The translations under genes were made by a program, and so were the position numbers. This document shows positions 1 through 10,658 of a stretch of 26,203 nucleotides of DNA, piece after piece. The number at the start of each line of letters is the position of its first letter. The stretch's first letter is position 1. The notes below the pieces were generated by a model, which did not search any database, was not told where the DNA came from, and saw nothing but the letters and a program-made list of their open reading frames with translations. This DNA comes from Octopus sinensis. Its lineage: Eukaryota. Where the stretch lies: NCBI RefSeq assembly GCF_006345805.1, contig NW_021835636.1, positions 1 through 26,203 of the forward strand. Reading direction: 5' to 3'.

Positions 1-52
1 TTTGTGAGTGGCTTTGGTAGACAGAAACAGAAAGAAGTCCATCATGTATATA
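1..52 (+). mobile_element. SINE family A fragment (truncated by the window start)
   Basis: ttgtgagtgg..ttggtagac.gaaac.gaaagaag matches the middle of the full copies at 3887 and 25567. Confidence 0.75.
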
Positions 53-75
53 TGAGTGTTGTGTGTGTATATGTG

Positions 76-107
<32 letters not shown>

Positions 108-439
108 ATAAATATATGAGTGCAATTATGAAGGTGTTTAATCTGTACTAGTGCATGTGTGTGTATATATATGTATATATATATATATATATACATATAT
201 ATTACATTATATAAAAGGGCTTAGTAAAATAAATTACTTTGCCGCATACTGAACTCATTAGGATTAGCAGCCAAAAAACTTTTCCAAAGCTATTTCTAAT
301 ACTTAAAGAAAATCTCTCTCATATATAGTGTTTGCTTAATTCAACTCACAAAAGTTTGGGGGTAAGGACATCGAAAAATCAAATGCTAAGGTTATTTGAG
401 AACGTACGTTTCAATAATTAATTTTGCCCTCAATTGTTG

Positions 440-443
<4 letters not shown>

Positions 444-509
<66 letters not shown>
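444..509. repeat. (TA)n(GATA)n microsatellite
   Basis: Direct reading. Confidence 0.95.
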
Positions 510-513
<4 letters not shown>

Positions 514-613
514 TAAATGCGGGTTTTGTTCAAATTCTTTTACTTCCTGGTACCTGTTTATGTATTTTTCCATGTTAATTGTTAACAAGGAAAAATACAC
601 ATTCATTTATATA

Positions 614-889
614 TTGCCAGCCCCGCCTGGCCCCCGTGCCGGTGGCACGTAAAAAGCACCATGCGTCCGTGGCCGTTTGCCAGCTCCGTCTGGCACCTGT
701 GCGGGTGGCACATAAAAAGCACCCACTACACTCACGGAGTGGCTGGCGTTAGGAAGGTCATCCAGCCGTAGAAACACTGGCAGATCAGACTGGGCCTGAT
801 GCAGCCTTCTGGCTTCACAGACCCCAGTTGAACCGTCCAACCCATGCTAGCATGGAAACCGGACGCTAAACGATGATGATGATGATGAT
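614..889 (+). mobile_element. SINE family B with (GAT)n 3' tail
   Basis: Core ggcgttaggaagg.catccagccgtagaaac...ccaacccatgctagcatggaa...taaacgatgatgat. Internal 63-bp tandem unit (614-660 and 677-724) also present in the inverted copy at 6774-7075. Confidence 0.85.
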
Positions 890-911
890 TGTGCATCTGT
901 GACTTTCCACC

Positions 912-1100
912 CTCACCATCGTTTGAGAACCAATGTTGCTGTGTTTACACCCCTATAACTTAGCAGTTCAGCAAAAAAGACCAATAGAAAATCTACTAAG
1001 ATTACAAAGAATAAGTCCTCGGATCGATTTCTTCTACTAAAGGTGGTGCTCCAGCATGACCACATTCAAATTAGTGAAACAAGTAAAGGAATAATAGAAT
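912..1100 (+). mobile_element. SINE family A, 3' half
   Basis: Diverged match to acttagc.gttc.gcaaaa...aaagaataagtcc...ctaaagg.ggtgctccagcatg...gaaacaagtaaa. Confidence 0.8.
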
Positions 1101-1454
1101 ACATATACATACGTGCACACATACATATAAGTTAGTTCCTGGTAGATTATTTCCAGAGAAACCCAACCTGAGCTCTGGGCTGTTGGATTCCAGACCAATA
1201 CCAAAATTCTTCAAGCATAAGAAATGCCGGTTTCACAACAGTAACACCATAGTTATGTTACTATCATACACAAACATGTATATATATATATACATACATG
1301 TGTATATATAAACATGTGAGTGTGTGTGTATGTGTTTATATATACACACATATATATATATATACATACGTATATAAAAATAAGCATATCTATATATATG
1401 TGTGTATTTATGAGAAGGTTGTATGTTATTTCAGGAAAATTTCTTTATTATTTC

Positions 1455-1766
1455 TAACAAGACTATGGCTATGCTGGAGCACTGCCTTTAATTGAGCTAA
1501 TCGACCCCAGGACTTTTCCTTTGTAAGCCTAGTACTTATTCTATCAGTCTCTTTTGCTAAACTGCTAAGCTAGGGGGGACATATACACACGCATACATAT
1601 ATATAGAGAATGGGCTTCTTTCAGTTTCCATCTACCAAATCTACTTACAAGGCTTTGGTTGGCCCCAGGCTATAGTAGAAGTCACTTGTGCAAGGTGCCA
1701 CACAGTGGGACTGAACCCAGAGCCATGTGGTTGGTAAGCAATCTACTTACTACACAGCTGCTCCCA
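1455..1766 (-). mobile_element. SINE family A, near full length
   Basis: Reverse complement of family A: atgctggagcactgccttta...agtacttattctatc...gggactgaaccc...atgtggttggtaagc. Confidence 0.85.
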
Positions 1767-3137
1767 CACCTATACACACATAGAAATGTATATACACACA
1801 GACATGTATGTATGTGTATATCCATCTATATATACATACATAAAGATGTATACACACACACACACTCATGAGGAGGCAATGCCTACTACTCCCGGATATA
1901 TTATAAGTATCCTCTTAACTGTTGCCATATCTTCATTGCTGTTCGAGCGAAGCAGACTCACAGAATATTTCTGAGACAGAAAGACTTCAAGCCAGTATCA
2001 AAACCCAATAACCAACCCTGGTAAATAATATTCTTCTCCTATTTATTTAACACACAATTTACCACCACATTTACATTGCTAAACATTCATTAGACTTATT
2101 TCAAACATAAATATACTGTTATATAGATATTGTTTTATTTTCACACACCATCTTATAGACTAGACGTTGTTTAGACATTTTACATTGTCACATCACAAGT
2201 AAAACCTTTCATTTCCAGAATATAATATAAAATATGGTTGTGTTATAACTATGTCAAAACTATTTGATGGAAATGTTCATCTAAGGATACATCATTTTAC
2301 GTAGTTTAAAGTGGATTTCTAAGTCTCAAGTGAAATTTAAAATTTGCAAATTAATTTCATGGCAGATAAATTAATTGGTTATTTTTCATAAACTTAATTT
2401 TTTAAAAGCTTAGTTTATATATATATTTTCTCTCTCAGCACATCTTTATCCTACATCAACATTTTAATGTGCAATGCATTAAATATGTTTTCTCACCATC
2501 TTCGATATTATTTATCAGATGGATGGCTTCTGAGAATTACTTCACATTGTCTGCAATAATTATAAACTCTATTACAAACCAACAACAAAGTCTCCCCAAA
2601 ATGCCCTTAAAAACATATTAGATAATAACACATTGGTGAGGTCATGGCTAGAATGTCTGACTATAGGGTGACTAGATAACAATTAACTTTCATCAACAGA
2701 AGCCATAATTTTAATTGATTTTAAACAAATATATTTGTTACATTTCAAATGTAATGTTTATAAAAATAATTTTAATATTTCAACTTTATAAATTGTATTC
2801 TGACATTATAAAAGTTAAACATCCTATTAAATTTTAAAAGATTATAGTTTTGATATATTTTTATAAATTACATTTAAATATTGTATTTGAAGGAATAATC
2901 TATGTTATAATTTGGTAAATTTAGAAATATTCTTGGAGATTTCTGTGGAATTATCAGCTTGGTTGAGAAATAGAATAGTGATGGTTTTTTTTTTAAGTGT
3001 AGATTTATGGATGAGAAAGACATGAATAATAATTGAAGAGAGGGTGTGTCATTTATAGAGATAGGTTAACAGACTAAATGGTGGTGGTCGTGGTGAAGTA
3101 GAGATTCCAAGTTATGTATGTAATGTGTGGCTGATGT

Positions 3138-3190
3138 GTTTTACTCCTTTAGTTCATTGAACCATGGCCATGCTGGAGCATTGCCTTTAT
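3138..3190 (-). mobile_element. SINE family A 3'-end fragment
   Basis: catggccatgctggagcattgccttta matches the family A 3' end. Confidence 0.6.
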
Positions 3191-3660
3191 GTATTTAACT
3201 GATCGTATTAGCACCACAATTTCTTTTTAAGTCCGGTAAATATTTTAACCGAATCTATTTGTGGATCAGCTAAATTAGGAAATGGAGTTGATATTTTAAT
3301 TAAACAGCAAGTACTAATGATTAAATGATGGAAAGAATATATATATATATAAAGTGAGAGAGAGAGAGAGATACACACTTGTATACATACATATATACAC
3401 ACACTCTTCACATTTGTGCTAATTTCCTCCAACCATTTTATAAACTATAAAAAATGTGTCCAGGATTTCAAATACTTTTACAAGAAGAGAAAGTTTATAT
3501 TTTTTTGAACAATTTCAAAAATATTTGATGAATTCTAAAGAAAGAAAATGTAAATTATATTTAATGACAAAAGGTTTTAGATTTTGTTTCATGGAAAATT
3601 CAAAATTTCTAAATCAATTTTACAGAAATATAAGCTAAGAAATCAAATAGGTACGTAATT

Positions 3661-3868
3661 GTGTCTTTATTTTTGTCCCACCAACAGTGCTTGACAACCG
3701 ATGTTGGTGTGTTTACATCCCTGTAACTTAAAAGTTCAGCAAAAGACAACAATAGAATAAGTACTAGGCTTATAAAGAATAAGTCCTGGGTTCGATTTGC
3801 TCGACTAAAGGTGGTGCTCCAGTATGGCCACAGTCAAATGACTGAAACAAGTATAAGAATAAAAGAAT
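3661..3868 (+). mobile_element. SINE family A, 3' half
   Basis: gcttgacaaccgatgttggtgtgtttac...gaataagtactaggctt...ggtgctccag...actgaaacaagta. Confidence 0.85.
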
Positions 3869-3886
3869 ATATATATATATACATAC

Positions 3887-4262
3887 AGGCGCTGGAGTGG
3901 CTGTGTGGTAAGTAGCTTGCTTACCACCCACATGGTTCCGGGTTCAGTGGCATCTTGGGCAAGTGTCTTCTACTATAGCCTCGGGCTGACCAAAGCCTTG
4001 TGAGTGGATTCGGCAGACGGAAACTCAAAGAAGCCTGTCGTATATATATGTATGTATGTATGTTTGTTTGTCCTCCTAGCATTGCTTGACAACCGATGCT
4101 GGTGTGTTTACGTCCCCGTCACTTATCGGTTCAGCAAAATACATCAATAGAATAAGTACTAGGCATACAAAGAATAAGTCCCAGGGTCGATTTGCTTGAC
4201 TAAAGGCAGTGCTCCAGCATGACCGCAGTCAAATGACAGAAACAAGTAAAAGAGTAAAAGAG
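3887..4262 (+). mobile_element. SINE family A, full length (tRNA-derived head)
   Basis: A-box-like tggctgtgtgg and B-box-like ggttcagt head, central TA/TG microsatellite, (aagagta) tail. Head-to-tail with the preceding half copy. Confidence 0.9.
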
Positions 4263-4372
4263 AGAGTATATACATGTACACTATATAAATACACACACAC
4301 ACATAATATATACATGTTTATGTAAAAGGGAAATAAAATGTTGAAGTTGATATTGAAAAGGAGAGAGGGAAT

Positions 4373-4403
<31 letters not shown>

Positions 4404-4493
4404 GAAAGTAAAAGAAGAGAAGGACATATGAAGGATATAAAATAAGAAAGGGAGGGTTGTTATCATTATTATTAATTACTATTACTATTGTTT

Positions 4494-4699
4494 GGGTGGT
4501 GAGCTGGCAGAATCGTTAGCATGCTGGGCAAAATGCTAGGCAGCTATTTGTTTGCCTTTACATTCTGAGTTCAAATTTTGCAGACATCAACCTTCATCCT
4601 TTCAGGGTCAATAAAATAAGTACCTTTTGAGTTCTGGGGTCGATGCAATCAATTTACCTGCTCTCCAGAACAAGCTGGCCTTCTGTTAAAATTTGAAGC

Positions 4700-4747
<48 letters not shown>
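4494..4747 (+). mobile_element. SINE family C (CORE-like), array copy 1, (ATT)n tail
   Basis: gagctggcagaatcgttagc...ttctgagttcaaatt...ttcatcctttcagggtcaataaaataagtacc. The central block resembles the CORE domain as I recall it. Confidence 0.85.
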
Positions 4748-4907
4748 GACTCATCTGCGACTACATTCTGAGTTCAAATTCCACCAAGGTCACCTTTGCC
4801 TTTCATCCTTTTGGGGTCGATTCAATAAGTTCCAGCTATGCACTGGAGGCGATGTAATTTACTAGTCCCCTCACCCCAAATTTCAGGCCTTGTGCCTATA
4901 GTAAGAG

Positions 4908-4976
<69 letters not shown>

Positions 4977-4978
4977 AT
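4748..4978 (+). mobile_element. SINE family C, array copy 2 (5'-truncated), long (ATT)n tail
   Basis: cattctgagttcaaattccaccaagg...tttcatcctttggggtcga...aaatttcaggccttgtgcctatagta then about 22 ATT units. Confidence 0.85.
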
Positions 4979-4980
4979 TA

Positions 4981-5205
4981 CTGTGACGTGCTGGCAGAAT
5001 TGTGAGGATGCAAAGCAAAATGTTGAGCGGCATTTTGTCCATCTTTACATTCTGAGTTCAAATTCCACCAAGGTTGACTTAGCCTCTCATCCTTTTCGGA
5101 TCGATAAATTAAGTACTAGTTGAGTACTGGGGTCAGTGTAATAGACTGGACCCTTCCTTGAACTTGCTGGCCTTGTGCCAAAACTTGAAATCATTTTTAT
5201 TTTAT
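4981..5205 (+). mobile_element. SINE family C, array copy 3
   Basis: gctggcagaatt...cattctgagttcaaattccaccaaggttgactt...cggatcgataaattaagtactagttgagtactgggg. Confidence 0.85.
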
Positions 5206-5214
5206 TAAAAAAAA

Positions 5215-5337
5215 AAAATCATTGCTGTCATTGTTGTTGTTCTTGCTGCTGCTGCTAATATTATTATTATTGATGTTGTTATTGTTATAGTTATTGATAT
5301 TCTTCTTCTTCTTCTTCTTATTATTATTATTATTATT
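5215..5337. repeat. Compound (GTT/GCT/ATT/CTT)n microsatellite inside the SINE C array
   Basis: Direct reading. Confidence 0.9.
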
Positions 5338-5577
5338 AATGTGATGAACAAGCAGAACTGTTACAAAATGCCAGACAAAATACTTTGCATCATTTCTTCC
5401 AAGTTTACATTTTGAGGTCAAATTCCACCAAGGTTGATTTTGCCCCTCGTCCTTTTGGGATTGATAAAATAAGAACCAGTTAGGGGCTGGGGGGTGATGT
5501 AATCAATTAGTGCCCACACCCAAAATTTCAGGCCGTATGCCTATAGTAGAAAGGATTATTATTATTATTATTATTAT
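5338..5577 (+). mobile_element. SINE family C, array copy 4, (ATT)n tail
   Basis: Diverged copy: gaggtcaaattccaccaaggttgattttgcc...gataaaataagaaccagtt...aaatttcaggcc...tatagtagaaaggattatt. Confidence 0.8.
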
Positions 5578-5603
5578 CTTCAAAATATTACCAAAAAAAT
5601 TTG

Positions 5604-5815
5604 GGGGCATGGCTGTATGGTTAAGAAATTCACTTCAGAACCTTGTGGTCTCAGGTTCAGTCCTACTTCGCAGCACCTTAAAGAATTAACTTCTTCTAAT
5701 GTTCCAGGTTGACTCAAGCCTTGTGAATGGGTTTCGTACATGGAACTGATAAAGTCTATGGTATATATATGTGGGTGTATATTCATGTATGCACATCTAC
5801 ATTTGTTCTTGTATG

Positions 5816-5850
<35 letters not shown>

Positions 5851-6090
5851 ATATGTCTGCACATGTCTCCTTGTCTTGACATCTGCTGCGAATTATAAAC
5901 AAATGTCACGTCACACAAACAGTGTTGTTTGTTTGCAGTGTTCCACCAGAAAACATATCCAACCATTCTGCTGTTCATGTTGGAAGAACTTGGGGAAATA
6001 TTCTCTTGCTTGAAACCAGCTGAAGATTGGTGACCCTCATTGAGTGCAGTCATAGACTTGACTGAGTGGGACTCACAAGAACCTGGCAAG
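5604..6090 (+). mobile_element. Diverged tRNA-headed SINE; family A-like 5' half with a different 3' half
   Basis: gcatggctgtatggttaag...caggttcagtcc...aagccttgtga head, then a (GT)n core, then a 3' part unlike family A. Confidence 0.6.
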
Positions 6091-6129
6091 AAACAAAACA
6101 AAATTATTAGAAGGAAAATACAAAAAAGA

Positions 6130-6290
6130 AAATACATCATCTGATGTATTATAAAGGTTTTGACATCCATTTTCCCTAACTGGCATGGGTAGGACAGTTG
6201 ACGAGGAAGCAGTGAACCAGAGGACATTGCTGAGCTCCAATGAAAGATTTGGCAAGATTTCTACAGCTGGATAATCTTCTTAACACCAGA
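6130..6290 (-). mobile_element. SINE family B, degraded fragment
   Basis: tggcatgggtaggacagttgac...ttggcaagatttctacagctggat matches family B. Confidence 0.6.
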
Positions 6291-6773
6291 TGCACACATA
6301 CACGTGTGTGTATGTGTTTATGCATTCATAAGAGTATATGAATGAATAAACATGGGTTTACTGATGTTTGATTGCACATCTGATTTTGTATGCTAGCATG
6401 GGTTAGGTGAATATATTATTGTAGCCTTGTTTTACAGACAGACAGCCTTCCTATTGCTCACCCAAAACCATTTTGCAAGAACAAAAGTTCTTATTTCCCA
6501 TGTCTTCCAAGGTGGGGGTGATTGGTTGACAGATGTTTCTGCTTGGAGCAACTTAAAAGAGATTGCAAACATAAATAAATGCATAGACACCAACACGCAC
6601 ACACACTCAGCTCGAGTTCACTGCTTCCTGTAGCAGAAACAGCTGGAAGCTAATGAAGGTGTCTACGTAACTCTTGTTCTTTTGTCATTCATTGATTCAT
6701 ATCTATAAACATACATAGACACAAATATTTATACATGGGTATGTGAAGTTATATATATACATATATATATATA

Positions 6774-7075
6774 TCATCATCATCATTTACCATCCGCTTT
6801 CCATACTAGCATGGGTTGGACGGTTCAACTGGGGTCTGGGAAGCCAGAATGCTGCACCAGGCCCAGTCTGATCTGGCAAAATTTCTACGGCTGGACGCCC
6901 TTCCTAACGCCAACCACTCCATGAGTGTAGTGGGTGATTTTTACATGCCACCGACACATGTGCCAGATGAGGCTGCCAAACGGCCACAATCAGATGGTGC
7001 TTTTTACGTGCCACCGGCACTGGTATCACAGCTACAATTTCCATTGATGTTGATCAACTTGGATTTTGATTTTGA
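6774..7075 (-). mobile_element. SINE family B
   Basis: Inverted close relative of 614-889. The listed ORFs 607-840 and 6816-7088 translate to near-identical peptides for this reason. Confidence 0.9.
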
Positions 7076-7159
7076 TTTATATATATAAATATTCAGCAGA
7101 AGTAACAAAGTGACCCAAGATCCGAAAGTTTCATTTATTAGCAGTTATCAAACAGGTTC

Positions 7160-7470
7160 TTTGGAGGTATATTCCCAGACCTCCAAAAACCACTTTGATG
7201 AGTGTAATCTCTCGGACCTTGAGTCCCTACTGTCACGCCCCTATCACCCCTACCTCTATCTTTCCTCTCTCAATCACTCTCTCTTCTTCTTTTTACTCTA
7301 CTATCTTACTGCTGTGACAAAGATTGGCAGTAAATCTCTTCTCTTCACCATTCTTCCAATGAAACTAGGGATGTTACTGGACCTACCTGAGTCTCTCCCC
7401 AACACTCAGCCACTCCTTTTCATATATTTATTACCCTAGATCTCTCACACATTCCAAGGTATATGTGAAA
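7160..7470 (+). mobile_element. Possible degraded LINE ORF2 3' end
   Basis: Pyrimidine-rich block whose broken translation (...DECNLSDLESLLSR...SLFF(L)FY..YY..CC...) loosely resembles the C-terminal region of CR1/Jockey-group RTs. Weak, judged by eye. Confidence 0.3.
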
Positions 7471-7499
7471 CCCAGAGATTGAGGGGAACCTTTAGTTTT

Positions 7500-7690
7500 G
7501 TCAAGGACATGGCGAGCGTCTCTAGCGATGGGGCCATAAGATGCACCCAGTGCACATTGTGCAGTGGTTGGTGTCAGGAAGAGCATCCAGCTGCAGAAAG
7601 AAAACCAGAAAATGTAACTTCAGGCAAGATATTCTTTGAACCATCCAACCCATTCCAGCATGGAAAGTGGGGGTAAATGATGATCATCAT
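7500..7690 (+). mobile_element. SINE family B, diverged
   Basis: gtggttggtgtcaggaagagcatccagctg...gaaccatccaacccattccagcatggaaag...aaatgatgat. Confidence 0.8.
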
Positions 7691-8554
7691 ACATACATAC
7701 AGACGTATGGATGTATAAATATACATATGTGCATCCTTGTGTATATATTATACACATTCATTCTATCATATATACATATATATGTATGTGTATCCTGAAG
7801 AAGGTCTCTTTTATTTTTCATTCCTCCTGGGGTCAATAGAGTAACAGTCATTATTTCATAGACCAAGGAGGCGGTGGAGGATCATTCTGATGATGATGGG
7901 TCACCAGAATGTCATTAAACACCCCCACCAATATTTCCTAATCCACCTCATTAAACCCCCAATACTTCATAATAAACTACACCAAGTTATAACTCCTCAC
8001 CTAACACAAAACAAAACACACTTCACCTGCCAAACCCCTTTTTCATACAAACACACCTTTCTCATTGCTACCCAAACATTGTCCCTTATATTAAAGATAA
8101 TTAAGATGAACCTAACTTTCATTAATTGGGCTTATTCATTAACCAATCTTTATGATCTCAATCAGCAACAAATAATAACGATCCTCTCAACATGCTGTCT
8201 ATCAGTGTGATTATATGAAAGCCCATCTTTGGATAAGCTTTCCGAGTTAATCAATGTTGTGTATGATAATTGTGCGGACTAAATTGAAATGTCAAGAGAT
8301 TTACAGCATTTGTCAGGTTAAGAACAGTTTCATCTCCAGCTTTATTGGTATCTGTTAATCCAGGTAAATATCACGGAAACCAAGCCAACCATGACTGTCA
8401 CATCATTTCCAGTGCATATAATTATTAATAATACTTATATTCCTGATTTGTAGGGACATGGTATTTCATTATGCAACCATAAATTCCTGTAAAATATATT
8501 AAATCGTTTTAGAAGTCAACACCACATTCTACTTTGTTAGCAGTGTTTTTCACA

Positions 8555-8784
8555 TTATTCTATTGATATTCCATAGAAATTATAGTTGGCTCTGATTTTT
8601 TGCTAAAACCTTTCCTATCGAGATGTCAGATGTAAACAAACAATGAGATAAACAATGAGAACAAACAACAGATGTTTTTCTCTTTGATCTCATTGTTTGT
8701 TTCCGTCTGACATTTCGATATGAAATGTTGTAGCAGGAAATCAGTCCTGGCTATAATTTCTACCGATAATATCTGTAGAAATAA
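8555..8784 (+). repeat. Long imperfect inverted repeat / hairpin
   Basis: 8574-8649 pairs with 8687-8762 without indels: 63 Watson-Crick, 7 G.T and 6 other mismatches. Pairing continues outward to about 8555/8784 and inward to a ~5-nt loop. Confidence 0.9.
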
Positions 8785-9180
8785 CCTCAACAAAATATTT
8801 ATATTCCTTCTTACTACAACACTTTTCACCATCACTTATATTCAGTCAATAAAGATAATGGTGTATTTATATCTTCAAGTTTTATTTCTAATGATTATTC
8901 CATTGGAAACAGTTTAAATGTTTAACTTCACTGTCAAATAAACAATTTGTTTAATATATTTAATGAAATGTGTGTTTTCCTTGAAATTCTTTGAATGAAT
9001 CAAGTAAATATTATTTTATCAAAAGCTTTTCACAAAACTAATAAAGTTTTCATTTTATTTCAGCTTTCATGTAAAAATTAGTGAATTTTGAAGAGATAAA
9101 TTGTATTCGAAAGGAAGAAAACAAAATCCACAGAAAAGAATATATTTAACAGAAAAAGATAATAATTCTATATTCATAAA

Positions 9181-10658
9181 ATGGAGAAGATTAATGAAGA
9201 AAACAAAATGTTGGCTCTCATTCCTGCCACAGTCTGTGATACAACAGCAATTTATAAGGAAACTACACCAATTCTTCCCCAAATATTACATACACAAAAC
9301 ACAAAGAAAACAGAAGAACAGGAAAGAAAGACACAAAGAAATCTAAAGAACAGGAAAAGTCCATGTTACCAAGTTTCCTTCATATTGTGACATGTTACCG
9401 AACACTAATCAAAACAGACCACATCAATACGTTTATAGATTATGTAAAGGTTAAATGTAATCACATGGACTCTCTGGGTTTAGATGGATCTCGAATTTTA
9501 CGTAATATCAAATGTAAAATGCCAAGATTTCTGGAAATTGCAGAACAAAATAATGATTTTGTTCACCAAAACCTTGATTGGTTTCAACAAAGACTCTTTG
9601 ACATTTATGTCACCTGTAACCCATACAACCACAAGACCATTGAACCACCAAAAGTAATCACAAAATTTCGTCCTCTTCGGCCAGTTGTGACCAGAGAAGT
9701 AGAGATTGAGGAATCTGGTGAAGACTTAAGCAACCCAATATCCAATATTGTTGTCATACAAGGGGGTATTGTAACATTCCCACTACTGTATGACAATATG
9801 TTGTATAACAAGAGTCGGCAACAGAAATGAAGTTCATTGCTCATCTTCTGTCACTGATTTTACCAGAATCAGTCAAGACACAGTCCTGGCCACCCTCCCA
9901 TTTCGAAAAATGATTCTTATTATCAACCCTTTAAGTTTTGAAATCAAAAGAATTCAGCTAGGATTAATCTTGGTTTCTTATTTGGAACATTCCACGCTTA
10001 TAGGTGTAGAAATGTTTGGTCAGACCATATACATCATTGACTGGGAAGAGAATAGAATAAAATACGAATTCATAACGAAAGAAACCCTTCAGATATTGCT
10101 GTAGGAGCACAAAATAAACTCTTAGTATCCTTTTCCAATATTAACAGGGTTACCTGTTACAATGTGGATGGCCAGCAGTTATTTGAGGTGGATACCAATT
10201 CCCTGGACATTCCAAGCCACATCTCTGTGTACCAAAACCATTTTTATGTCCTTCAGGGACATATTATTTATCGGATTTCAGGTACAGGTGCTGTGACAAC
10301 AAGAGAAATTGGCATGAAATGCCGCCATATTTCTGTTGGCAAAGAAAACATTTTTGTAACCGATTATTTTGATGTCCTTCATATCATTGGAACAAATGAA
10401 GACTTTTGGCCCAGGCAGTCACATAACCCCCAGCTATGGACCCCAACATTGAACAACTATATTTATATTGAGGATTGCTACAACATTACAAATATTCTAC
10501 CTATGTCTACATCTTCTATATTAATAATTTACAAAAACAAGAAAGCTAAATTATTCACTGAACGGGGAAATAATTAACCAAAATAATTCAGTTTTCCTTG
10601 AGCTTCCTTCTTCTGTTGTAGAATAAACGCAAACAGGTTCCTGGTATTTTATCCTGAA
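9181..10658 (+). pseudogene. Frameshifted 5' portion of the same propeller gene (assembly error or true disruption)
   Basis: ORFs 9181-9390, 9363-9830, 9790-10104 and 10164-10577 join in frame after restoring 1 nt at 9327-9329, 2 nt at 9804-9807, 1 nt at 10082-10084, 2 nt at 10561-10562 and 1 nt at 10616-10617. The repaired junctions give blade motifs: NMLYITRVGN (cf. CLLYISEEGD), ENPSDIAVGAQNKLLVSFSNINRVTCYNVDGQQLF, KLFTENGEII (cf. KIFDEDGQLL), LPSSVCRINANRFLVFYP (cf. LPSTATHICRWDSNHIGVILP). Confidence 0.75.

Noticed and set aside
1870-2025. Possible + strand exon ending at the donor CCTG|GTAAAT
   Set aside because: No credible acceptor or start, and no recognisable peptide.
6438-6510. Possible + strand exon (ttttacag|...CAAG|gtgggg) as an upstream exon of the propeller gene
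   Set aside because: Weak donor, all three frames open without a B-box or RING pattern; no support without RNA data.
607-7088. Near-identical ORFs 607-840 (-) and 6816-7088 (+) (MDGSTGV...)
   Set aside because: Two inverted copies of SINE family B, not a gene pair.
9327-10617. Programmed ribosomal frameshifting or RNA editing as the cause of the frame breaks
   Set aside because: Five successive shifts would be needed, I saw no canonical slippery heptamers with downstream structures at these sites, and ADAR editing does not insert bases.
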